This document shows, one piece after another, positions 8,107 to 16,499 of a stretch of 41,937 bases of DNA. The DNA is taken from sequence record SRR31156797_7473; one strand, written 5' to 3'. Each line of letters begins with the position of its first letter. Positions within the stretch are counted from its first letter, which is position 1. The notes beneath the pieces are model-generated. The model was not told the DNA's origin, searched no databases, and was given only the letters and a program-made list of their open reading frames with translations. The position numbers were made by a program, and so were the translations under genes.

Positions 8107-9234
8107 GTGTTACGTTCCAAAAAAGCAGTTCTGTTGCTGGCTCTGGTTGCTGTCATGTGTCTCGTGGCAGAACCTGCATGGGCCGATCGTCTGGCTGACG
8201 CAATTGCGGAAGCCAAACCCCAGGGTGAGCCTGGCTATCTGGGCATCCCCGGTGGTCCGCAGCTCAACATCATCATCGGTCTCGTGTGGGCCATCTGGGT
8301 TGGTTGGATTTTCTCTACCGTCGGCGCATTCGGTGGTATCATGGCCGGTGTTGGTCACATTACCATTTACGGTCTTGGCGACTACGCAAGTAGCTTCGGC
8401 AAGGGTACCCACATGAACAAGGTCGTCACTGACTCCATTCGTGTGTCCAACCAGTGGTTGGTTGGTTGCTCCGCAGCTTTGTCTTCTTTCAACTACTACA
8501 AAGCCGGTCGTCTGGTGCTGCCCTTGGGTATCGCTCTGGCAATCGGTTCTGTGGCCGGTTCCTGGTTGGTTCCCTGGCTCACAGCCGGTAAGATCAGCCT
8601 GAAATCCTACCTTGGTTACTTCGGCCTGTTCGTTCTGTTCCTGGGTTGCTATCTCACCTACGAGACTACTCCCAAGGGTCAGGCTGGTAAAAAGGCTGCC
8701 AAGGAAGCTGCAACAGCTTTCCAGAATTCCGTTAAGAAGCAGCAGGACGGCGGCGAAGTCGATATGGCTGAAATGGGCGTTAAGGTCCAGAAGTTCACGC
8801 CTACCGCTTGCGAATTCACCTTCTTCGGTGTTGAATTTACCTTCAATCCGCTGATCCCGGTTGTCGGTGGTTTCTTCATCGCAGCCATGGCTTCCTTCCT
8901 CGGTGTTGGCGGCGGCTTCCTGTTGGTGCCGTTCCTGACTTCCGTTGCAGGTCTGCCCATGTACCTGGTTGCCGGTACTTCCGCTCTTGCCGTCTTCATC
9001 GGTATGGTCAACTCCATCGCTTCCTACATGCTGCTCAAGCAGACTCCGGTTGCATGGGGCCTGATCGGTGCTGAGCTTGTCGGTATTGTCATCGGTTCCA
9101 TCATCGGACCTAAGACTTCCAAGTTCATCCCGGACAGAGTCCTGAAGTACATCTTCATCGTTCTGGCCGTGTACGTTGGTGTTCGCTACACCTCCAAGGG
9201 CTTCCTGGGCTACTCCCTGGTACCCCCCTTCTAA
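8107..9234 (+). CDS. TauE/SafE (TSUP) family sulfur-oxyanion transporter
   Basis: WVGWIFSTVGAFGG, SFLGVGGGFLLVPFL and AGTS motifs. GTG 8107 follows GAGGAGG (the ORF track starts at 8026). Confidence 0.88.
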   Translation: MLRSKKAVLLLALVAVMCLVAEPAWADRLADAIAEAKPQGEPGYLGIPGGPQLNIIIGLVWAIWVGWIFSTVGAFGGIMAGVGHITIYGLGDYASSFGKGTHMNKVVTDSIRVSNQWLVGCSAALSSFNYYKAGRLVLPLGIALAIGSVAGSWLVPWLTAGKISLKSYLGYFGLFVLFLGCYLTYETTPKGQAGKKAAKEAATAFQNSVKKQQDGGEVDMAEMGVKVQKFTPTACEFTFFGVEFTFNPLIPVVGGFFIAAMASFLGVGGGFLLVPFLTSVAGLPMYLVAGTSALAVFIGMVNSIASYMLLKQTPVAWGLIGAELVGIVIGSIIGPKTSKFIPDRVLKYIFIVLAVYVGVRYTSKGFLGYSLVPPF

Positions 9235-9259
9235 GTCGCGACCAATCAAAGATTCAATG

Positions 9260-9284
9260 GAGGCCGCCCATTTTGGGCGGCCTC
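9260..9284 (+). terminator. stem-loop after tauE (partial terminator or mRNA stabiliser)
   Basis: GAGGCCGCCCA-TTT-TGGGCGGCCTC followed by only a short TTC. Confidence 0.6.
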
Positions 9285-9306
9285 TTCAAACCAAACAGGA
9301 TAGACC

Positions 9307-9915
9307 ATGACCGGCCAAATGATTTACGAATTTCTTGATCCCTGGATGATCTGGGCATTCCGCACTAGTGATAATCCGTATGTGGGATTCGCCATAGGTC
9401 TTCTCTGGGTCTGCATCCTGACAACAGTCATAGGCGAGCTTTGCATGGCGGGTGTTTATTTTCTGAATAAACGTCATTTTGCCAAAATCAATCGTGACAT
9501 GGTTGATCATCACAATCTTTCTGTCAGGGCCTTGGGCGTCAAAGATAAGACCGCCTGGAAAGCCTGTAACTCCATTGCCAATGACGCTTTCGGTAAAAAT
9601 TTCTTTTCTCGTATGGCACTATTTGCCTCTTCCTTATGGGTAGTGCCTTTTGCTATCGGCTGGCTGTTCTATCGTTTTGGACAAGTTGATTTTGTCGTCC
9701 CATACATCGGTGCGGTCGGTCCTGCTTTTGTTTTTATTCCGATTTATATCGTCATCCGTCTTTTGTTCAGTCAAGCCAAACCATGGTTACCGTTTTTCCG
9801 CACCATTAAACAGAAGGTAAAGGAAAACGAAGCAACCGATGATATGATGACCTTTATGGATTTGGTACAAGACAAAGAACAACAGGGCGAGACGCCGATA
9901 CCGGAAAAATCCTGA
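9307..9915 (+). CDS. membrane protein of unknown function (about 3 TM)
   Basis: Hydrophobic segments and an AGGA RBS. It is co-oriented with tauE. Confidence 0.8.
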   Translation: MTGQMIYEFLDPWMIWAFRTSDNPYVGFAIGLLWVCILTTVIGELCMAGVYFLNKRHFAKINRDMVDHHNLSVRALGVKDKTAWKACNSIANDAFGKNFFSRMALFASSLWVVPFAIGWLFYRFGQVDFVVPYIGAVGPAFVFIPIYIVIRLLFSQAKPWLPFFRTIKQKVKENEATDDMMTFMDLVQDKEQQGETPIPEKS

Positions 9916-9928
9916 TTATCGATACCAC

Positions 9929-9956
9929 AAAAAAGCCGCCCTTATGGGGCGGCTTT
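9929..9956. terminator. bidirectional intrinsic terminator
   Basis: AAAAAAGCCGCCC-TTATG-GGGCGGCTTT between convergent genes. Confidence 0.85.
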
Positions 9957-9986
9957 GTTCTTTGAAATAGAAAATGGAACGAGGCA

Positions 9987-10499
9987 TTAGGGAGCCATTT
10001 CCTTCACAGCTTCCTTGAATCCTTCAAGGTCGGAAGGGCCGAGCAGGTAGAAACGATCGGCTGTTTGAAAACACATGACGTCCGGCCTGTTGGAAACGAT
10101 GACGGCTTCTTTGTCATCCTTCACCAGAACAACTCCTGATTTATAGCCGCCGAAGCTCATGTGCTTTTTGGCTTTGATGATCTTGAAAGCTTCGTCCGTA
10201 TTGAGGTTGGCCTCAAAGGTCTTTTCCACACTTGCCCAGGGAATGACTGCGGAGGCAAAAGGTGGTGCCGCCAGCAGGATGCCTTCATCTGCTACTGTAA
10301 TGGCTGCACGTTTTGGTGTGATGTAGAGCATGTACCAATAGAAAATTGACAGTGGGCCAGCCACGGCGACCAAACAGATGCCGGTCCAGGTCAGGCCAGA
10401 GTTGAAGCTCCAAGCAACGGCTGCGGCGATCGCTGTCACAACGATCAGAAAGAGCGCTAGAATCACTCTGTGCATGGGGACTTTGTATGTAGTGGCCAT
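9987..10499 (-). CDS. 2-TM membrane protein with bacterial PH-like domain
   Basis: Two N-terminal TMs, then VIPWASV...FGGYKSG...YLLGPSDLEGF, a bPH-like pattern. AAGGAG RBS. Confidence 0.7.
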   Translation of the reverse strand: MATTYKVPMHRVILALFLIVVTAIAAAVAWSFNSGLTWTGICLVAVAGPLSIFYWYMLYITPKRAAITVADEGILLAAPPFASAVIPWASVEKTFEANLNTDEAFKIIKAKKHMSFGGYKSGVVLVKDDKEAVIVSNRPDVMCFQTADRFYLLGPSDLEGFKEAVKEMAP

Positions 10500-10649
10500 A
10501 TATGTTCTCCTTGGTGGCGCAGTTGATTTGTGTTGATGTATTCATACTGGCAAAGAGGCCGGTTGCCAAGGGTTAAGACATGTTGGACTAGGGAAAGAAT
10601 TTCTGTATTGTTACGGGGCGTTCATTGAAGAACTGCTCATAGATCGTGC

Positions 10650-11615
10650 ATGAAAATGGATATGATGAAAACAGTATTTCTATATGGCTTTCGTGGCGTT
10701 TGGGGCGCGAGTTATCTCCTGATACTTGCAGTCATGGCCAGTGTCCTGACTGGTTGTTCTGATGAGGAAGCTGTTACAGTGGACTTGTCCAAGCGGGAGG
10801 CCTTGGTTGCTCCACGGCAGGTCGAGGCCATTACCTATGCTTATCTTCCCCAATATTCGCATACGATTTCATATCAAAGACATCGCCAACTTCTCGAATA
10901 TCTTCGTAAATCTACCGGATTACCGCTCAGGCAGATTTTCCCTGATACTTTCGATGAACATATCAAGATGGTGGAGCGAGGCGAGATTGATATTTCCTAT
11001 TCAAATCCGTTCGTTTACACGCGCCTGGCCAAAGTCGGCGCCACTGCCTTCGCCGGTATAGTTGAACCGTCAGGTCATCCTGATTTTCAAGGACAGATAA
11101 TTTGTCGAGCTGACAATTCTGATCTTAAAACCATTGAGGATTGTCGTGGAAAACGGTGGATTGCCGTGGACCCAGAGTCGGCCGGAGGTTATTTGTTTCC
11201 GCTTGGGCTGTTCTTCGACAATAATCTTAATGTGAGCGATTTCGAAACCGTTGACTTTGCTCCCGGTCCGGGTGGGAAACAGGAAAAAGTTGTTTTGGCT
11301 GTTCATGCTGGAGCTTTTGACATCGGAACAATTCGTAAAGGCACCCTCGATGTAGTTGCCGGAAAGATCAATCTCGACGATATCCGAGTGCTGGCTCAAA
11401 CCCGGTTGTATCCCGGTTGGGTTTATGCGGCCCGGAAAGGCCTTGACCCTGATGTGGTTCAAGCTATTTCTCATGCCATGTTTGCCTTGAATTATCGGCG
11501 CGAACCCGATCGTGAAATTCTGTCATCGGCTGGTATGCACGGTATTATTCCCGTGCAAGATTCAGACTATGATCCGGTCAGGGAATTGGTCGGTAAACTT
11601 GGTCTGGACCAATAG
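10650..11615 (+). CDS. PhnD/PtxB-like (phosphonate-bd) periplasmic binding lipoprotein
   Basis: Lipobox VLTGC, YAYLPQ, GEIDISYSNPFVY and VDPESAGGYLFP. There is no adjacent ABC permease or ATPase. The exact start is uncertain. Confidence 0.85.
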   Translation: MKMDMMKTVFLYGFRGVWGASYLLILAVMASVLTGCSDEEAVTVDLSKREALVAPRQVEAITYAYLPQYSHTISYQRHRQLLEYLRKSTGLPLRQIFPDTFDEHIKMVERGEIDISYSNPFVYTRLAKVGATAFAGIVEPSGHPDFQGQIICRADNSDLKTIEDCRGKRWIAVDPESAGGYLFPLGLFFDNNLNVSDFETVDFAPGPGGKQEKVVLAVHAGAFDIGTIRKGTLDVVAGKINLDDIRVLAQTRLYPGWVYAARKGLDPDVVQAISHAMFALNYRREPDREILSSAGMHGIIPVQDSDYDPVRELVGKLGLDQ

Positions 11616-11627
11616 GCGGATTGATAC

Positions 11628-13682
11628 ATGAGACTTTTCCCCAGACTTCGATTTCGTAACAAGCTCAATATGGGCATGTCGGCCATACTTATTGTAATGG
11701 CTCTTTTGTTGTTGCCCATGGTCGGGTACATGAGCGCTAATTCTTTGGTCGAAGAGAGCAAGATGCGTGGATCTTCGTTAGCCGGGAGCCTGGCTGTTCG
11801 GGCGATTGATCCTATTTTAGCTCGAGATTTTTTGCGGTTGAAGAACATGGTGGACGAACAAAGTCGGGTAGAAGACGTTGTTTACGCCTTTGTTCAGGAT
11901 AGAAGTGGTCATGTCATGGCCCATACATTCCAACGAAGATTTCCTGTTGATTTATTGACTGCCAATGGCTTGGGGGATGGCGGTAAGCTTCATATTCAGC
12001 TTTTGGAAGATGGATCACGACGGATGTATGATTTTGCGGCTCCGATAGAGGTGTCCGACGGACAGCTCGGGGTTGTGCGAATCGGTTTGTCCACGGCTCG
12101 TATAAATAGGTCCGTTCAACACCAGATTACTCTGATGGCCGGGCTGTTTGCCGGGGCTTTGATTATTGCTACGTCAATAGGAACCTATTTTGCCAGACGT
12201 GTTACTGTGCGTTTGGGGTTGCTTCGCGCTCATGCAGAAGAAATGCTGACCGGCAATTTGAATATTCAATCCTCTCCGGCTGGGGGTGTCCATTGCTGGG
12301 AGCGACGCAATTGTGAACTGACGGAATGTCCCGCCCACGGGGAAACACGGCGTCGATGTTGGTATATAGCGGGGACAATGTGTCCTGATTGCGATAATGA
12401 GAGCAATTTTCAATGTCGGTTACAATCATGTCGTGTGTGTTCTGTGTATCGGCAAAACGCTGGAGATGAGATTCAGGATCTGGCTGAGACATTTGACGTT
12501 ATGGCCGTTTCCCTTAAGACGCATATCAATGAATTGCGTTCGGCAGATCGGAGTTTGCGCGATCAGCAAAGACTTATGCGGACAATTTTGGACATGACGC
12601 CGGATCGGGTCTCTTTAATGGACGCCACCATGCGTTATCAAGCATGTAACAAGGGTTTTGCCGATTCCGTAGGGGTTTCAATTGCCGAAGTTGTGGGCAA
12701 AACGGACTTTGATCTTTTTTATGAGGGCGAAGCTGAGGAGCGCCATATGGCGGCCCGTGATATCCTTCAATCCGGCCGTCGGATTGACACTCAAATTCAG
12801 ATTAAGGGTGAAGGAAGCCAACGGTGGTTCCATGTCGTCTGTGTGCCGGTTTTGGATGCGGACGGACGCATTGACGGTCTGTTGCGCACTGATCGCGATA
12901 TTTCCGACATAAAAGGATATGAAAATCAGCTCATCCAAGCGCAGAAGATGGAATCACTCGGCTTGTTGGCTGGTGGCGTGGCCCATGAAATCAACACTCC
13001 TCTTGGTATTATCCTTGGATACTCTCAGTTGTTGCAAGAGGATGTTGAGGAAGGTGGTCAGATGTATGACGATCTGGTGATCATTGAGAAGCAGACCAAG
13101 GTTTGCAAGAAGATCGTTGCTGATTTGCTGGGATTTTCCCGCCAGACAGATTCCGCCAAGCGTGAGATGTGTTTCAATAATTCTGTTTTGGAAGCCGTCA
13201 GTTTGGTGCGACATACATTCAAGCTGGACAAGGTGGATATCCTCACTGAGATGGATGATCGGTATCCCATCATTTATGGTGATCCTGAAAAATTGAAACA
13301 GGTGTGGATCAACCTGCTGACAAACGCCCGCGATGCAATGGGCGCAGATGGTGGCACCATACTCATCAGAACAAAACTCGACACCCCTGCTGGGATTGTA
13401 TCCGTGTGGGTTGCTGACTGTGGTGTCGGAATTTCCAACGATAAATTGAAGAATATTTTTGACCCGTTTTATAGTACCAAAGCCGTGGGGCAGGGAACCG
13501 GATTGGGACTGTCTGTCTCGTTTGGTATTATCGAAGACCATGACGGCGAAATAGCGGCTACGAGTCCGTTGCCCGAAGGTTTTGGGTTCCCTGAATGTGA
13601 CGGTTATTGTGGACCGGGAACAGTTTTTGAAATCAACCTCCCTCTGGATCATCAGTCCAGAGACGGGAGCAATGAAGATTAG
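11628..13682 (+). CDS. membrane sensor histidine kinase (TM, periplasmic Cache-like, TM, HAMP with Cys-rich insertion, PAS, HisKA, HATPase)
   Basis: H-box GVAHEINTPL, N-box QVWINLLTNA, G1 DCGVG, F-box IFDPFYSTK and G2 GTGLGL. Confidence 0.93.
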   Translation: MRLFPRLRFRNKLNMGMSAILIVMALLLLPMVGYMSANSLVEESKMRGSSLAGSLAVRAIDPILARDFLRLKNMVDEQSRVEDVVYAFVQDRSGHVMAHTFQRRFPVDLLTANGLGDGGKLHIQLLEDGSRRMYDFAAPIEVSDGQLGVVRIGLSTARINRSVQHQITLMAGLFAGALIIATSIGTYFARRVTVRLGLLRAHAEEMLTGNLNIQSSPAGGVHCWERRNCELTECPAHGETRRRCWYIAGTMCPDCDNESNFQCRLQSCRVCSVYRQNAGDEIQDLAETFDVMAVSLKTHINELRSADRSLRDQQRLMRTILDMTPDRVSLMDATMRYQACNKGFADSVGVSIAEVVGKTDFDLFYEGEAEERHMAARDILQSGRRIDTQIQIKGEGSQRWFHVVCVPVLDADGRIDGLLRTDRDISDIKGYENQLIQAQKMESLGLLAGGVAHEINTPLGIILGYSQLLQEDVEEGGQMYDDLVIIEKQTKVCKKIVADLLGFSRQTDSAKREMCFNNSVLEAVSLVRHTFKLDKVDILTEMDDRYPIIYGDPEKLKQVWINLLTNARDAMGADGGTILIRTKLDTPAGIVSVWVADCGVGISNDKLKNIFDPFYSTKAVGQGTGLGLSVSFGIIEDHDGEIAATSPLPEGFGFPECDGYCGPGTVFEINLPLDHQSRDGSNED

Positions 13683-13690
13683 GAGCAGGC

Positions 13691-14050
13691 ATGGCAAATA
13701 TACTTGTATTGGACGACATCTCAGATGCCGGTGTGCTGGTCAAGCGTATTTTGGAACGGAAGGACCATACGGTTTTTAATTTTACTGAAGAGGAAGATGC
13801 GTTGAAGTTTGCGGAAGAAAATTCCGTGGATTTGGCTATTCTTGATATTAAACTCAAGAAAATGACCGGAGTGGAAGCCTTGGAAGAGTTGAAAAAGATC
13901 AACCCTGACATGAAGGCGATTATGCTCACGGGGTATCCTACATTGGAAACAGCCCGAGAGTCCTTACGGCTTGGGGCTCAGGAATATTGCGTCAAGCCTA
14001 TCAATAAGGAAGAGCTCGAAACCAAGGTTTCGGAAGTTCTAGGAGAATAA
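13691..14050 (+). CDS. single-domain response regulator (receiver only)
   Basis: ILVLDD, LAILDIKL, MLTGY and YCVKP motifs. 119 aa with no output domain. Confidence 0.93.
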   Translation: MANILVLDDISDAGVLVKRILERKDHTVFNFTEEEDALKFAEENSVDLAILDIKLKKMTGVEALEELKKINPDMKAIMLTGYPTLETARESLRLGAQEYCVKPINKEELETKVSEVLGE

Positions 14051-14051
14051 C

Positions 14052-16499
14052 GTGTACCTAAAACAACTCTTTAAGCATTGGAGCTATCAGGTTTTTGCTC
14101 CAGGCACACTTTTGCGGCGTAAATATGAAGCATTCAAGTCCCTGTTGGCGCAGGATGCTATCGCGTTGGAATTGATCGCTGACCTTGAAGAGATGTTTTA
14201 TGGAAAGCGTTTGGCTGACAGGCAACGTGCGGTTTGGATGACAAATCAGTTGTCCAATGCCGTGGGCACCATGGCTGGGCAGCTTATGGAAATGAATCCT
14301 ACACGATACATGGATTTGCCGGAATATTTTCGCAAAATTGATTTTTATGTGCGCATGGGAATGGAACTTGAGCAACCCGAAGTCGGGCCACCTTATATCC
14401 TTTCTTTGGACGAAGCGGGGGCATTCCCTGCTTTGACAGGAGGGAAGGCGGCGAATCTTGGCCGAGCCAAGGTTGAGGGTGGCGTTCCAGTTCCCCCTGG
14501 TTTCGTTGTTACGGCCAATGCCTTTAATTATTTTATAGATTTCAATGGTTTGAGCGATGAAATCGAAGGGCGTCTTCGACAGATGGAAGTCGGTAACCGT
14601 GACTTGTTGACACGATTAACCGCTGAAATGCAGGAATTGATTTTGGCTGCTGAAGTCCCGGAAGAAATCGCTCGTGGTATTCGATTCGGGGTGTCCGAAA
14701 TTATCGAGGGCGAAGATCTTATTGCGGTCCGTTCCAGTGCTCTTGCTGAAGACGGTGAAATTTCGTTTGCCGGTCAATATGCCTCGGAATTGAATGTTCC
14801 GCCAAATGATGTGCTGGAAGCATACAAACGAGTATTGGCGGGCAAGTATTGCCCTCGCGCAGTAGCCTATCGAATTTCCAATGGATTAACTGACAGCCAG
14901 ACGGCTATGGCGGTTTTGGTGTTGCCCATGGTGGATGCCGAGACTGCTGGAGTTGTTTATTCGCAGGACCCAGATTGTCGAGGCCGTGAGGCTATGGGGG
15001 TCTATGGAGTGGGCGGTCTCGGACATGGTCTGGTGGACGGGAGTATCTCGCCGGATAAGGCCGTTCTTACCCGTGAGGAAACACCTCGCATAGACAACGA
15101 GTGTACACCGGATACTGGGGGACTTCCGCCGGAAGAGACTCTGGTTGAATTGGGTCGGTACGCCATGCAGTTGGAAAAAGCACTTGGTTGTCCTCAGGAT
15201 ATCGAATGGGCCGAAGACGTGACCGGTAAATTGTTTATTCTGCAAAGTCGCCCCTTGCAGTTGGAACGGGAAGATGCTGCCTCGGATCACGAGCCGTTGC
15301 CTGTCAAACCGATTCTTGAAGGGATGGAACGAGCCTCCACTGGTGTCGGGTGCGGTGAAATTTATTATGCTTCATCCGGTGAACGTATTGCGGCGATACC
15401 TCAGGGAGCAGTCGTGGTGACACCGACCTTGCAACCTTCATTGTTGACCTTCATAGGTAATATGAATGGTGTTATTTCCGGGACAGGTAGCCGAGCCAGT
15501 CATTTCGCCTCAGTGGCTCGGGAATCAGGTGTACCTGTATTGGTCGGTGACTTGGGAACTTCTTTTGAGCCTGGACAGTTGGTCACGGTGGATGGGACCC
15601 ACGGTGCTGTGTATGACGGATGTGTTGAAGCGATCATGACCCGGTCGCGTAAAGCCAAGAAAATTTCCGAGCGAGTGGTTGCCCAGTATGCCAAAGTCGC
15701 GCCCATTGCGGTGAAACTTAATTTGGTTGATCCGCAGAGTGATAACTTTACGCCCATGGGCTGCAAGAGTCTGCATGACGTGGTCCGTTTCTGCCATGAG
15801 AAGTCCGTGAACGAGATGTTTTCCATTATGGACAAACGTGGGCGCGGTATGCATTCAGCCAGACGTTTGCAGACCAATTTGCCTCTTGTCATGTATATAC
15901 TTGACCTTGGTGGTGGGCTGTTTGGCAACGCTGGTGATGGGAAGACCGTATCGCCGCACGACATCAAATGCCGTCCCATGTGGGCCCTTTGGTATGGTTT
16001 GTCAGACGAACGCGTCGTATGGCCGAATAAGTTGACACATATGGACTGGGAAGAATTTGATAAGATCTCCGGCGGAATATTCAGTTTTGATTCCAAACTG
16101 TTGGCCAGTTATGGTCTTATTTCAGAAGATTATCTTCATCTCATGGTCCGGTTTGGTTATCACTTTTCGGTGGTCGATTCCGTGTGTGGCTCGGATGCTG
16201 GAGCCAACTACGTTAATTTCCGGTTCAAAGGCGGTGGTGCTGGGTTTGACCAACGCTTGTTGCGGCTGGAATTTATTCGTCAGGTCCTTGATTGTTATGG
16301 ATTCGTGACTGAAACTCGCGGTGACATGATCGATGCCCGATGTGCACGTTTGGACGAAAACGAGACTCAGCGTATGCTTGTACGGTTGGGCTATCTTATG
16401 GCGGTGACCCGACTCATGGATATGCGTATGAGTGATGAAGAACAGGTCCGTGAAGAAGTGAAAAAGTTCGTCAGGGATGCGGAGAGTCGTAATGGCTAA
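14052..16499 (+). CDS. PEP-synthase-like dikinase (ATP-grasp plus phospho-His swivel domain) with non-canonical C-terminal domain
   Basis: GGKAANLG, PVPPGFVVT, AVRSSA.AEDG..SFAGQY, DIEWA, LQSRP and SHFASVARE (His484). The C-terminal part lacks recognisable PpsA TIM-barrel motifs. Confidence 0.85.
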   Translation: MYLKQLFKHWSYQVFAPGTLLRRKYEAFKSLLAQDAIALELIADLEEMFYGKRLADRQRAVWMTNQLSNAVGTMAGQLMEMNPTRYMDLPEYFRKIDFYVRMGMELEQPEVGPPYILSLDEAGAFPALTGGKAANLGRAKVEGGVPVPPGFVVTANAFNYFIDFNGLSDEIEGRLRQMEVGNRDLLTRLTAEMQELILAAEVPEEIARGIRFGVSEIIEGEDLIAVRSSALAEDGEISFAGQYASELNVPPNDVLEAYKRVLAGKYCPRAVAYRISNGLTDSQTAMAVLVLPMVDAETAGVVYSQDPDCRGREAMGVYGVGGLGHGLVDGSISPDKAVLTREETPRIDNECTPDTGGLPPEETLVELGRYAMQLEKALGCPQDIEWAEDVTGKLFILQSRPLQLEREDAASDHEPLPVKPILEGMERASTGVGCGEIYYASSGERIAAIPQGAVVVTPTLQPSLLTFIGNMNGVISGTGSRASHFASVARESGVPVLVGDLGTSFEPGQLVTVDGTHGAVYDGCVEAIMTRSRKAKKISERVVAQYAKVAPIAVKLNLVDPQSDNFTPMGCKSLHDVVRFCHEKSVNEMFSIMDKRGRGMHSARRLQTNLPLVMYILDLGGGLFGNAGDGKTVSPHDIKCRPMWALWYGLSDERVVWPNKLTHMDWEEFDKISGGIFSFDSKLLASYGLISEDYLHLMVRFGYHFSVVDSVCGSDAGANYVNFRFKGGGAGFDQRLLRLEFIRQVLDCYGFVTETRGDMIDARCARLDENETQRMLVRLGYLMAVTRLMDMRMSDEEQVREEVKKFVRDAESRNG

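Noticed and set aside
8110-9249. 379-aa minus ORF
   Set aside because: It is an antisense mirror of tauE with no recognisable features.
10548-10568. TGGCAA-N9-TTGCCA palindrome between the PH-domain gene and the signalling operon
   Set aside because: The arms are only 6 bp, the spacing is wrong for sigma54, and it cannot be distinguished from chance.
10650-11615. Calling this gene phnD of a phosphonate ABC transporter
   Set aside because: There is no phnC/phnE nearby, and it is coupled to a histidine kinase.
14052-16499. Calling this gene ppsA
   Set aside because: It lacks a recognisable pyruvate-binding barrel and sits in a signalling operon.
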